64,000 nucleotides of DNA from Halomonas sp. (GTDB lineage Bacteria; Pseudomonadota; Gammaproteobacteria; Pseudomonadales; Halomonadaceae). The notes under the pieces are model-generated. The model ran no database searches. It was not told the origin of the DNA and worked only from the letters and a program-made list of their open reading frames with translations. The stretch lies in assembly GCF_003553625.1 (NCBI RefSeq), contig NZ_PWEV01000097.1; one strand, 5' to 3'. The translations under genes and the position numbers were made by a program. Below are positions 19,573 through 29,309 of this stretch, in pieces (the stretch's first letter is position 1; every line of letters starts with the position of its first letter).

Positions 19573-21633
19573 TCATGAGGCGAAGGCGTCCTCCTTGTCC
19601 AGGGCGCTGGTCTGCAGGGCCAGCGCTTGCTCCAGGGTATCGATGCCGCGAGCCTCCAGGCGCGGCAGCAGCGCCAGCCACAGCTCGGCGGTGACCCGGG
19701 CGTCGCCCAGGGCGGTATGCCGGGTGCCCGGTGGGAAGCTGAGGCCGTAGCGCTCGGCCAGGCTGTCCAGGTCGTGGCCGTCCAGGCTGGCATCCAGGGC
19801 CCGCGAGATCAGCAGAGTGTCGAGCACCGGCATGTCCAGGGTGATCCCGGCCCCGGGCGGCTGCAGGGCCAGCAGGTCGAAGGCAGCGTTGTGGGCGAGA
19901 ATCACCGCGTCGCCGACGTAATCGCGAAAGCGCGGCAGCACCACCGGCAGCGGTGGGGCGCCCTCGACGTCGGCGTCGGTAATGCCATGAATCGCGGTGC
20001 TGGCCGGGGGAATCGGCTTGCCGGGATCGACGCGTACGTCGAACACCTCGCTGGCCAACAGCCGGGTGTTGACCACGCGACAGGCACCAATGCTGATCAC
20101 GGTGTCGCCGCGGCGCAGTTCCAGGCCGGTGGTTTCGGTATCGAAGGAGACCACCTCCAGGGCGCGCAGCGGGCGGGCCGCCAGTTCGGCGTCGGGGTGG
20201 GGCAGCTCGGCGATGCCGAAATCATGAAATTCGGGGCGTGGCGGGGTGGCCGGCCTCGGGGCGCCTACCCGTTCGGTGGCGGGTAGCGGGAGTCGTAGCC
20301 GGGCGTGGACACCGTCGCTATCGGCCAGGCTCCAGGCGTCGCTGGCGTGCTGGCGCAAGACGTCGGCCACCCGCGGCGAGAGCGGCAGGTCGTCCAGGCG
20401 CAGCTGCTGCCACTCGTTGAGCTGGCGCTCGCCGAGCGGCGCTCCGCGCCAGATCAGGTCGAGGTAGACGCGCTTGTTGCCCAGGCAGACCTCCCCTTCG
20501 AGCTCCTGCGGGTCTCGATGCTCCTGCAGCTGCTCGATGAGCGAGCCGAGCAGCACCAGCAGCGGCATGGCGTCGCCCTTGAACCAGGCGGGCATGCCGA
20601 CCGGCACTACCGTGACCTGTCCGGCACGTCGCTCGTTGAGGGCCTCCCACAGGTCGTTGGACCACAGCGGCACCAGTCGCTCCCCCTCGTGCTGCATCTG
20701 CTCCACCAGGGCGGCAAGCTGCTCGATATCCTCGCCCAGAGATTGGCTCTCCTCATCGATCACTTTTTCCAGGCGCTGGCGCATCTCACCCGCGGCGCCA
20801 CCCAGGGAGGTCAGGGCGTCGGCCGCGCTGGTCAGGCTGGCGCTGTGACGGCGCAGGCGCGGCAGGCTATCGAGCAGATCGGCGCGGGCGCCCATCTCGC
20901 TTGTCCAGGCGGCGGTGGTGTCGCTCAGGGTCAGCAGGGTCTCGCCGTGGCTGCCCGGTACCCGGCGCATCACGGCGCGCAGCCAGCGCTCGTCGCAGGG
21001 CACCAGCACCTCCCGCGGCGCGCCGTCCCGGGGCAGCTGGCCCAGGGCGTCCTGCAGGCTGACGGCGGGCAGCAGGCTTTCGAGACGCTTGCCGAGCCCC
21101 AGTCCATGATGGTCTTCGAAGAGACGTTCGGCCGCCTGGTTGAAGAGCAGCACCCGGCGGTGCTGATCGCAGAGCAGCAGGGGAGTGTCGAGGACCTGGA
21201 GCAGGGTCTCGAGCTCCTGACGGATGCGGGCAGCGCTGCGCGCGCCCTCGGCGTGAGCGGTGGCCAGACGGCCGCGGTCCGTTCGCCAGGCATCCCGCAC
21301 CTTGACCAGATCAGGCCCCAGGGCGCGCAGCCAGCCTTCGGGGGGGTAATCCTCCCTGGCATCCGGATTGGCCACCAGGCGGGCGAGTTGCACCTGCAGG
21401 TGACGCAGGGGGGTGAACAGCTGGCGCTCCAGCAGCAGGCCCACCAGGAAGATGGTGCCGCCTCCGGAGAAGCAGCCCAGCCACAGCACCAGACGAGCCA
21501 GACCCGTGGGCTGGAAGAGGGTGTCGAGCCACAGGGCGAAGGTGGCACCGCCGAAGATGCTGACGCCACTGAGCAGCAGCCAGAGGCCGATCAGCCGCTG
21601 GCGGCGGGGCAGTCCTGAGAGACGTCGAGCCAT
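19573..21633 (-). CDS. Membrane-anchored PAS / degenerate kinase-like / DEDDh (DnaQ-like) exonuclease fusion
   Basis: 2 TM, coiled coil, PAS (LLLCD...VLLFNQAAERLF), C-terminal FDTETTG, AHNAAFD, LDTL, HTALGDA. Confidence 0.85.
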   Translation of the reverse strand: MARRLSGLPRRQRLIGLWLLLSGVSIFGGATFALWLDTLFQPTGLARLVLWLGCFSGGGTIFLVGLLLERQLFTPLRHLQVQLARLVANPDAREDYPPEGWLRALGPDLVKVRDAWRTDRGRLATAHAEGARSAARIRQELETLLQVLDTPLLLCDQHRRVLLFNQAAERLFEDHHGLGLGKRLESLLPAVSLQDALGQLPRDGAPREVLVPCDERWLRAVMRRVPGSHGETLLTLSDTTAAWTSEMGARADLLDSLPRLRRHSASLTSAADALTSLGGAAGEMRQRLEKVIDEESQSLGEDIEQLAALVEQMQHEGERLVPLWSNDLWEALNERRAGQVTVVPVGMPAWFKGDAMPLLVLLGSLIEQLQEHRDPQELEGEVCLGNKRVYLDLIWRGAPLGERQLNEWQQLRLDDLPLSPRVADVLRQHASDAWSLADSDGVHARLRLPLPATERVGAPRPATPPRPEFHDFGIAELPHPDAELAARPLRALEVVSFDTETTGLELRRGDTVISIGACRVVNTRLLASEVFDVRVDPGKPIPPASTAIHGITDADVEGAPPLPVVLPRFRDYVGDAVILAHNAAFDLLALQPPGAGITLDMPVLDTLLISRALDASLDGHDLDSLAERYGLSFPPGTRHTALGDARVTAELWLALLPRLEARGIDTLEQALALQTSALDKEDAFAS

Positions 21634-22016
21634 CAGGAGACCTCGGCGAGCAGGGCCTTGACCTTGTCGACCAGCGCCTGGGTGGAAAAGGGTTTGGTGA
21701 TGTAATCGTCGGCACCCAGCGCCAGCCCCTTCTCGCGCTCCACTTCACGGCCGTGCGCGGTGAGCATGATGATCGGGAGGCGGGCATGGTCGGGGTCAGC
21801 GCGAAGGCGTTCCAGCACATCGAAGCCGCTGATGCCTGGCAGGCTGATGTCGAGCAGCATCAGGTCCGGAGTGCCCTCGGCGACGCGTGCGAGGGCGCTT
21901 TCGCCATCCTCGGCGGTGACCACGTCGAAGCCGGCCTGCTGCATCAGGAACTCCAGCGACAGGACGATATTGGGCTCATCGTCGACCACCAGAACCTTGG
22001 CCATGGCGTTCTCCAT
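21633..22016 (-). CDS. Single-domain response regulator (receiver only)
   Basis: [27 protein letters not shown]; stop overlaps the start of the next gene (TGATG). Confidence 0.92.
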   Translation of the reverse strand: MENAMAKVLVVDDEPNIVLSLEFLMQQAGFDVVTAEDGESALARVAEGTPDLMLLDISLPGISGFDVLERLRADPDHARLPIIMLTAHGREVEREKGLALGADDYITKPFSTQALVDKVKALLAEVS

Positions 22017-22158
22017 TTCTCGTTGTCGTCATTGTTGTCTTAGAGACACTTTCGACATCATTCTAGTGCCCGGTCGGTGCACAGCAAAGGCGACCTTGGC
22101 AGGACATCGGTGGCAATCGGCGTTAGGGTGCGGTAACGATTCGACGCGAGGAAACACC

Positions 22159-22842
22159 ATGATCGAGGTCCATCACCTGGAGAACTCCCGCTCCCAGCGA
22201 GTGGTCTGGCTGCTGGAGGAGCTGGGCGTAGCGTACGAGCTGGTCACCCATCGGCGCGATCCGGCGACCCTGCTGGCGCCGGATTCGCTGCGCGCCGTGC
22301 ATCCGCTGGGCAAGGCGCCGGTGATTCGCGACAGGGCCCGTAATGACCGGGTGATCGCCGAGTCGGGCGCCATCATCGACTATCTGATCCTTCATCACGA
22401 TGCCGAAGGGCGGCTGGCGCCGCCAAGAGGCAGCGACGCCTGGGAGCGCTATAGTTTCTGGCTGCACCACGCCGAAGGCTCCGGGATGCCGCCGCTGGTC
22501 ATGGGCCTGGTGTTTTCGCGGCTCGGCCAGCCGCCGGTGCCCGCCCTGGCTCGCCCGCTGGGGCGGCTGTTTGCCCGCGGGGTGGAGCAGCAGTACCTGG
22601 GGCCAGAAATTCGGCGGCTGCGAGATTTCTGGGAGAGCGAACTGGCCGCTGGGCCATGGTTTGCCGGCGAGGCGTTCAGCGCGGCGGACATCCAGATGAG
22701 CTTCGCGGTGCTGGCCATGGCCGGGCGAGGCGGACTTGCCGGCTACCCGCGCCTGGAGAAATTCCTCGCCGCCTGCCGCGAGCGTGCGGCCTACGTGCGC
22801 ACGGTGTCTCTCATCGGCGAGTTTCGACTGGCAGGCGACTGA
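22159..22842 (+). CDS. Glutathione S-transferase
   Basis: MIEVHHLENSRSQRVVWLLEEL, HPLGKAPV, AESGAI, FSAADIQMSF. Confidence 0.93.
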   Translation: MIEVHHLENSRSQRVVWLLEELGVAYELVTHRRDPATLLAPDSLRAVHPLGKAPVIRDRARNDRVIAESGAIIDYLILHHDAEGRLAPPRGSDAWERYSFWLHHAEGSGMPPLVMGLVFSRLGQPPVPALARPLGRLFARGVEQQYLGPEIRRLRDFWESELAAGPWFAGEAFSAADIQMSFAVLAMAGRGGLAGYPRLEKFLAACRERAAYVRTVSLIGEFRLAGD

Positions 22843-22845
22843 GCC

Positions 22846-23130
22846 TCAGCCCTTCGGCTCGTCCTGGCCGGCGGCCCGGGAGGCAGGGCCGAAGGGACCG
22901 AGCCACAGCCACACCTGCAGGATCACCAGCAGCGGCAGCAGCCATATCGGCGCACCGGTGGTGGCCACCAGCAGCCGGTAGATCACGAAGCCGATGATGC
23001 CGGCTATCAGGCCGACCACCGGGAAGAGCAAGGGGCGTCGATAGCCGGGCCGGCGTGAGAGGCGGTAGAGGGTGCCGATGAGGGCGCCGAAAGCGCCGGT
23101 CATGGCCAGAGGGATCAGCAGATCCTGCAT
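22846..23130 (-). CDS. Small membrane protein, hypothetical
   Basis: 94 aa with three hydrophobic segments. Confidence 0.65.
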   Translation of the reverse strand: MQDLLIPLAMTGAFGALIGTLYRLSRRPGYRRPLLFPVVGLIAGIIGFVIYRLLVATTGAPIWLLPLLVILQVWLWLGPFGPASRAAGQDEPKG

Positions 23131-23370
23131 GGTGGTCTCGCTTGGCAGGGTGGTCGTTTAGGCGTTATCCGGCGCCTGGATGCTGCCGCGGTCAGAACAG
23201 CGCTGGGGTTGTATTACCATCTTCACCTTCGGATCACCAATGCCGCCTTCGGTGGGTTGCCAAGGGCGGTCCGGACTGGTAGCGACATGGGCAGGCCGCA
23301 CTCCCGGCTGCCCTGTGGAAGCGCGGCCATGTCGGTCAGGCGAAGGTCACCGGTTCTGGAGGGATCACGG

Positions 23371-23398
23371 AAAAGGGCAGGCCAAGTGGCCTGCCCCT
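23371..23398 (-). terminator. Terminator downstream of acyl-CoA synthetase
   Basis: Minus strand GGGCAGGCCAC-TT-GGCCTGCCC followed by TTTT. Confidence 0.75.
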
Positions 23399-23421
23399 GA
23401 TCTCGCCTGCGAAATGCCGGG

Positions 23422-25113
23422 CTAGGTCAACCCCAGCTCGTGGGTAGCTTCTTCGCGCATCTTGAACTTCTGGATCTTGCCGGTGACGGTCATCGGGAAC
23501 TCGTCGACGAACTTCACATAGCGCGGAACCTTGTAGTGGGCGATCTTGCCCTTGCAGAACGCCTTGAGCTCGTCGGCGGTCAGCGCCTGCCCGTCGGCGA
23601 GCTTCACCCAGGCCATCACTTCCTCGCCATACCGCTCATCGGGAACCCCGATCACCTGAACATCGGAAATCGCCGCGTGGGTATAGAGGAAGTCCTCGAT
23701 CTCGCGCGGGTAGATGTTCTCGCCGCCGCGGATGATCATGTCCTTGATGCGACCGACGATCGCCACGTAGCCCTCTTCGTCCATGGTGGCCAGGTCGCCG
23801 GTGTGCATCCACCCGGCACTGTCGATGGCCTTCGCGGTGGCCTCCTCGTTGTTCCAGTAGCCCAGCATCACGCTGTAGCCGCGGGTGCACAGCTCGCCGG
23901 TCTCGCCGCGGGCGACCGCGGCGCCGGTCTCCGGGCTCACCAGCTTCACCTCGAGGTGGGGGTGGACGGTGCCCACGGTGGTGACGCGCTTCTCCAGGGG
24001 GGCGTCGGTCTGGGTCTGGAAGCTCACCGGGCTCGTCTCGGTCATGCCGTAGCAGATGGTGACGTCCTTCATGTTCATGCGCTCGATCACCTTGCGCATC
24101 ACCTCGATGGGGCAGATGGAGCCCGCCATGATGCCGGTGCGCAGGGAGGAGAGATCGAAGCGCTCGAACTCCGGGTGCTCCAGTTCGGCGATGAACATGG
24201 TCGGCACGCCGTAAAGGGTGGTGGCCTTCTCCTCGGAGACCGCCCGCAGGGTCGCTTCCGGGTCGAAGCCGTCGCCCGGGTAGATCATGGTGGCGCCATG
24301 GGTCACGCAGCCCAGGTTGCCCATCACCATGCCGAAGCAGTGGTAGAGCGGCACCGGTATCACCATGCGATCCTTTTCGGTCAGCGCCATGGTGCGGGCC
24401 ACGAAGAAACCGTTATTGAGGATGTTGTGGTGGGACAGGGTTGCCCCCTTGGGGGCGCCGGTGGTGCCTGAGGTGTACTGGATGTTGATCGGGTCATCGA
24501 ACTGCAGCGTCGCCTGCACCTCGGCCAGGTGCTCGGCGGAGACTTCTTCCGCGTGGGCCAGCATCGATGGCCAGGTGAACATGCCGGTCAGCGCACGATC
24601 GGCGTCCAGGCAGATCACCCGCTTGAGGTCGGGCAGCTTGGCGCTCTTGAAGGTGCCGGGACCGCCCTCGCGCAGTTCCGGTGCCAGCTCGGCCAGGGTC
24701 GCCACGTAGTCCGAGCCCTTGAACTTGCCCTGCAGGACCAGCGTGGAGGCGGCGGATTGCTTCAACGCGTATTCCAGCTCGTGGGTGCGGTAGCTGGGAT
24801 TGATATTGACCAGGATGGCGCCGATCTTTGCCGTGGCGAACTGGGTGATGGTCCATTCGGCGCAGTTGGGCGACCAGATGCCCACGCGGTCATTCTTCTT
24901 CACGCCCAGGGCGAGCAGGGCACGGGCGGCCTCATCGACGGCGCCCTGGAGTTCGCGCCAGGTGTAGCGCAGGCCCTGATGGAGGCTGAGCAGGGCATCG
25001 CGATCCGGAAAGCGAGCCACCGTCTCATCGAAGCAGTCGCCGATGGTCTGGCCCTTGAGGGGGGTGTCACTGATGCCGCTGACGTAGCTGATCGGAGTAT
25101 GTTGGCGTGTCAT
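23422..25113 (-). CDS. AMP-binding acyl-CoA synthetase (ACSF2-like)
   Basis: [51 protein letters not shown]. Confidence 0.93.
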   Translation of the reverse strand: MTRQHTPISYVSGISDTPLKGQTIGDCFDETVARFPDRDALLSLHQGLRYTWRELQGAVDEAARALLALGVKKNDRVGIWSPNCAEWTITQFATAKIGAILVNINPSYRTHELEYALKQSAASTLVLQGKFKGSDYVATLAELAPELREGGPGTFKSAKLPDLKRVICLDADRALTGMFTWPSMLAHAEEVSAEHLAEVQATLQFDDPINIQYTSGTTGAPKGATLSHHNILNNGFFVARTMALTEKDRMVIPVPLYHCFGMVMGNLGCVTHGATMIYPGDGFDPEATLRAVSEEKATTLYGVPTMFIAELEHPEFERFDLSSLRTGIMAGSICPIEVMRKVIERMNMKDVTICYGMTETSPVSFQTQTDAPLEKRVTTVGTVHPHLEVKLVSPETGAAVARGETGELCTRGYSVMLGYWNNEEATAKAIDSAGWMHTGDLATMDEEGYVAIVGRIKDMIIRGGENIYPREIEDFLYTHAAISDVQVIGVPDERYGEEVMAWVKLADGQALTADELKAFCKGKIAHYKVPRYVKFVDEFPMTVTGKIQKFKMREEATHELGLT

Positions 25114-25185
25114 CGTCTAACGTCTCTTTGTTGTTGCTGGGTGTGCAGTGGTGCAACACGGTCATGACCCTGGTCGCGGGCGGCC

Positions 25186-25635
25186 TCAGTGCTTCGGGGG
25201 CTCCACGCCCAGACCCGACAGAACCTCCCGGGCGCGACTCTCCACATCGTCGAGCTCCTTGTGCATCAGCCGGATGTCCTCCAGCTGCCGTTCCAGGTTC
25301 GCGCGCTTGTCGGCCAGGATCTCCAGAAGACGCTGCAGCTGGCGGGCGTTGCCGTCGGGCATGGCGTCATACATCATCACCACCTCGCGAATCTCGGCCA
25401 GCGAAAAGCCGAGGCGCTTGCCTCTCAGGGTCAGCTTGAGGCGCACCCGGTCCTTCTCACAGTAGATGCGTGTCTGACCGCGTCGCTCGGGGGCCAGCAG
25501 CCCCTCCTGCTCGTAGAAGCGGATGGTGCGTGGGGTCACCTCGAATATCTTGGCCAGTTCCCCGATGCTGAAGGTGCGTCGTTGGCGGGGCAGGCCGCCG
25601 GTCTGTCCCGCGTCGCTCGCTGTGCGCTGTGTCAT
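25186..25635 (-). CDS. liuR: MerR-family regulator of branched-chain amino acid catabolism (LiuR-like)
   Basis: SIGELA..FEVTPRTIRFYE..GLL.PERRGQTRIY...DRVRLKL.LRGKRLGFSL.EI; context and operator agree. Confidence 0.82.
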   Translation of the reverse strand: MTQRTASDAGQTGGLPRQRRTFSIGELAKIFEVTPRTIRFYEQEGLLAPERRGQTRIYCEKDRVRLKLTLRGKRLGFSLAEIREVVMMYDAMPDGNARQLQRLLEILADKRANLERQLEDIRLMHKELDDVESRAREVLSGLGVEPPKH

Positions 25636-25704
25636 GAGCGTCTTCCTTTATTAGATGGCGGGGCGGGGCGCAGGCCGCCCGCCTGATGGCAACACTAGCC
25701 GAGG

Positions 25705-25720
25705 TTTACGTTAACGTAAA
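25705..25720. promoter_or_regulatory. LiuR-type operator palindrome
   Basis: Perfect 16-bp palindrome TTTACGTTAACGTAAA between divergent liuR and acyl-CoA dehydrogenase. Confidence 0.85.
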
Positions 25721-25885
25721 GTGCTTGTTCGACCATGGAGTGATGTGGGATAAACCTAGCAAGTGCTAGGTTGGTGTCATGGCCGTGCGCCGAACCCGCA
25801 TGGAGCGCATGCGCACGCACCAACCACAGAATCCAGTCAACCTGCCAACAACAACGCAACCGATATGCGTGACGAGGATACCACC

Positions 25886-27052
25886 ATGGACTTCTCCCTG
25901 AGCGACGACCAGAAGGCGCTGGTACAGGCCGCCGCCGACTTTTCGAAGGCCGAGCTGGCCGACCACGCTGCCGAGTGGGACGCCAACTCCCACTTCCCCC
26001 TCGATGTCATCCGCCGTGCGGGTGAGACAGGCTTTCTGGGCATCTATACCCCGGAGGAGCACGGCGGCCTGGGGCTCTCGCGGCTCGATGCCTCGCTGAT
26101 TTTCGAGCAGCTGGCCCAGGGCTGCGTGGCGACCACCGCCTATCTCACCATCCACAACATGGTGACCTGGATGATTGCCAGCTGGGGCGATGACGCCCTG
26201 CGCGAGACCTGGGTGCCTGCCATGGTGGCCGGCGAGGCGCTGGGCTCCTACTGCCTCACCGAGCCCGGTTCCGGCTCCGACGCTGCCAACCTGCGCACCA
26301 GGGCCGTGCGTGACGGCGATGACTATGTGATCAGCGGCTCGAAGATGTTCATCTCCGGCGCTGGCGCCACCGAGGTACTGGTGGTGATGGCGCGCACCGG
26401 CGAGCCCGATAGCGGCGCAGGTGGGGTCTCGGCCATCGTGATACCGGCCGACGCCGCCGGCGTCGAGTACGGCAAGAACGAAGACAAGATGGGCTGGAAG
26501 AGCCAGCCGACACGACTGGTCAGCTTCGACTCCGTGCGCGTGCCGGTCGGCAATCGACTGGGCGCAGAGGGCGAGGGATTCAGGTTCGCCATGAAGGGCC
26601 TCGACGGAGGCCGCCTCAATATCGCCAGCTGCTCCCTGGGGGCCGCTCAGCATGCCCTGACCCTGTCTCGGGACTACATGGCCGAGCGCAAGCAGTTCGG
26701 TCGTGAGCTCAACCAGTTCCAGGCGCTGCAGTTCAAGATCGCCGACATGGCCACCGAGCTCACCGCCGCCAGATTGATGGTGCGTCAGGCCGCCTGGCGT
26801 CTGGACCACAATGACCCCGAAGCGCCCGCTTACTGCGCCATGGCCAAGCGCTTCGCCACCGATGTAGGGTTCAATGTCTGCAACGAGGCCCTGCAGCTGC
26901 ACGGCGGCTATGGATATATTCGCGAATACCCCCTTGAGCGGCTGGTTCGCGATACCCGGGTTCACCAGATCCTCGAGGGTACCAACGAGATCATGCGATT
27001 GATTATTGCCCGCCGGCTGATGGCAGATGGCGTGATCGAGTCCATGCAATAA
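25886..27052 (+). CDS. Acyl-CoA dehydrogenase (isobutyryl-CoA dehydrogenase-like)
   Basis: YCLTEPGSGSDA, KMGW, GGRLNIA, ALQLHGGYGY, RVHQILEGTNEIMR. Confidence 0.92.
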   Translation: MDFSLSDDQKALVQAAADFSKAELADHAAEWDANSHFPLDVIRRAGETGFLGIYTPEEHGGLGLSRLDASLIFEQLAQGCVATTAYLTIHNMVTWMIASWGDDALRETWVPAMVAGEALGSYCLTEPGSGSDAANLRTRAVRDGDDYVISGSKMFISGAGATEVLVVMARTGEPDSGAGGVSAIVIPADAAGVEYGKNEDKMGWKSQPTRLVSFDSVRVPVGNRLGAEGEGFRFAMKGLDGGRLNIASCSLGAAQHALTLSRDYMAERKQFGRELNQFQALQFKIADMATELTAARLMVRQAAWRLDHNDPEAPAYCAMAKRFATDVGFNVCNEALQLHGGYGYIREYPLERLVRDTRVHQILEGTNEIMRLIIARRLMADGVIESMQ

Positions 27053-27065
27053 GGAGTCACCTTTG

Positions 27066-28220
27066 ATGTCGGATCTTTCCGTACGCTTCGACGAGTTGCC
27101 CACCCGTGACGGTGGGCGAATCGGCGTGGCTACCCTCAACGCCCCCAAGTCTCTCAACGCCCTCTCTCTGGAGATGGTCCACCAACTGGACGCCAAGCTC
27201 GATGCCTGGGCGGTGGATCGCAGCATCGTGGCCGTCTGGCTCGAGGGCAGCGGCGACAAGGCCTTCTGCGCCGGCGGCGACGTGGTGGCCCTCTACCGCT
27301 CGCTCACCGAGGAGGGCGATAACCGCGGCTCGGGTCGCGACAGCCTGCTGGCCGAGACCTACTTCACCGCCGAATACCGCCTCGACCACCGCATTCATAC
27401 CTACCCCAAGCCGCTGCTGGTATGGGGCGACGGCATCGTGATGGGTGGCGGCCTCGGCCTGATGGCCGGCGGTTTCCAGCGCATCGTCACCGAGACTACC
27501 CGGATCGCCATGCCGGAGATCACCATCGGTCTCTACCCGGACATCGGCGCCAGCTGGTTCCTCAATCGCATGCCGCCGGGGGTGGGCGTCTACCTGGGCC
27601 TGACCGGCGCCCAGCTCAATGCCCGCGATGCACTGGATCTTGGCATGGCGGACCGCTTCATTCCCCGCGAACGGCGCGGCCTGGTGCTCTCGTCGCTGAC
27701 CGAGGCTGACTACGGCGACCGCAGCGGCCCCGCCCTGCGCGGGGCCGTACAGCAGGCGCTGGACCTTCACGAGGCGCGCGAGGGCGCTCCCGCCGGCCAG
27801 GTATGGCCGAATCTCGACCATCTCCAGGCCCTGGTGGGTGCGGTGGATGCTCCCACCGCGGTAAGGCGTATCCTGGCGGATACCCGCGATGACAAGTGGC
27901 TGGTCGCCAACCGCGCGCGTCTGGCCGACGGCTGCCCGCTCAGCGCCCAGCTGGTCTGGCGAATGCTGGCCCGCCACGCTCATACCAGCCTGGCGGATGC
28001 CTTCCGCGACGAACTGGTGCTGTCGGTGCAGTGCTGTCGGCAGGGCGACTTCGTCGAGGGGGTGCGGGCGCTGCTGATCGAGAAGGACAAGAACCCGCGC
28101 TGGAGCCACCCCGATGTGGAGAGCGTACCGGAAGAGACGATCCAGGCGCTGTTTACCTCGCCCTGGGAGAGTGAATCTCATCCGCTGCGCGACCTGGGGC
28201 TTGGTCGCCGGGTCGGATAA
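27066..28220 (+). CDS. 3-hydroxyisobutyryl-CoA hydrolase-like crotonase
   Basis: KAFCAGGDV, GIVMGGGLGL, AMPEITIGLYPDIG, DFVEGVRALLI.KD. Confidence 0.88.
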   Translation: MSDLSVRFDELPTRDGGRIGVATLNAPKSLNALSLEMVHQLDAKLDAWAVDRSIVAVWLEGSGDKAFCAGGDVVALYRSLTEEGDNRGSGRDSLLAETYFTAEYRLDHRIHTYPKPLLVWGDGIVMGGGLGLMAGGFQRIVTETTRIAMPEITIGLYPDIGASWFLNRMPPGVGVYLGLTGAQLNARDALDLGMADRFIPRERRGLVLSSLTEADYGDRSGPALRGAVQQALDLHEAREGAPAGQVWPNLDHLQALVGAVDAPTAVRRILADTRDDKWLVANRARLADGCPLSAQLVWRMLARHAHTSLADAFRDELVLSVQCCRQGDFVEGVRALLIEKDKNPRWSHPDVESVPEETIQALFTSPWESESHPLRDLGLGRRVG

Positions 28221-28259
28221 GCACTCTTCGGAAACATAAATAATCACAAGGAGCCAATC

Positions 28260-29156
28260 ATGAATATCGCTTTTATCGGCCTCGGCAACATGGGGGCACC
28301 CATGGCCAGCAACCTGATCAAGGCCGGCCACAGCGTTACCGTATTCGACCTGGTGGAGAGTGCCATCCAGTCCCTCGAGAGCGACGGGGCAACGCGCGGC
28401 GAGAGCGCCGAGGCGGCGGCCCGCGGTGCCGAGGTCATCATCTCCATGCTCCCCGCCGGTGCCCACGTCAAGGGACTCTATCTGGGTCGCAACGGCGAGC
28501 CGGGCCTGCTCGATGCGCTCGATGGCAAGCCGCTGCTGATCGATGCGTCCACCATCTCCCCCGAAGATGCCCGCACCGTGGCCGCCGCCGCCGCCGAGCG
28601 TGGCATCAGCTACCTGGATGCCCCGGTCTCCGGGGGTGTCGGCGGCGCCAAGGCCGGCATCCTGACCTTTATCGTCGGCGGCGATTCGGCCGGCTTCGAC
28701 AAGGCCAAGCCGGTGCTCGAGGCCATGGGCAAGAACATCTTCCACGCCGGTGACAACGGCGCGGGGCAGGTGGCCAAGATCTGCAACAACATGCTGCTGG
28801 GCATCCTGATGAGCGGCACCGCCGAGGCCCTGGCGCTGGGCGTCAAGAATGGCATGGACCCGGCCGTGCTCTCCGAGATCATGAAGCAGAGCAGCGGCGG
28901 CAACTGGGCGCTCAACGTCTATAACCCCTGGCCCGGCGTCATGGAGGGCGCTGCCGCCTCGCGTGACTATCAGGGGGGCTTCCTCACCGACCTGATGGCC
29001 AAGGATCTGGGCCTGGCCTGGGAGCTGGCACTGGGATCAAAGTCCACCGTCCCCATGGGCTCACAGGCGCGTAACCTCTTCGCCCTGCACAGCGCCCAGG
29101 GCAACGGTGCGCTGGACTTCTCCAGCATCCAGACGCTCTATCGCGCCGGCGAATAA
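28260..29156 (+). CDS. mmsB: 3-hydroxyisobutyrate dehydrogenase
   Basis: FIGLGNMGAPMA, DAPVSGG, KICNNMLL, YNPWPG, DFSSI. Confidence 0.94.
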   Translation: MNIAFIGLGNMGAPMASNLIKAGHSVTVFDLVESAIQSLESDGATRGESAEAAARGAEVIISMLPAGAHVKGLYLGRNGEPGLLDALDGKPLLIDASTISPEDARTVAAAAAERGISYLDAPVSGGVGGAKAGILTFIVGGDSAGFDKAKPVLEAMGKNIFHAGDNGAGQVAKICNNMLLGILMSGTAEALALGVKNGMDPAVLSEIMKQSSGGNWALNVYNPWPGVMEGAAASRDYQGGFLTDLMAKDLGLAWELALGSKSTVPMGSQARNLFALHSAQGNGALDFSSIQTLYRAGE

Positions 29157-29309
29157 CCGCCAAGGCCCGTTACGCCGGGGAGCCCTGTAGGGGCTCCCGT
29201 GGTTGCCCGCACAAGGCATCCTCCCGCCCGGCTCGACCCTGGCACCCCTCGCTCGCTGCTGCCGATGTGGCACAATGGCCGCCCAGCATGGCAATGAAGG
29301 ATTCGCCCA

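Noticed and set aside
19573-21633. DNA polymerase III epsilon (dnaQ)
   Set aside because: TM, PAS and kinase-like domains and a signalling-operon context do not fit a replicative proofreading subunit
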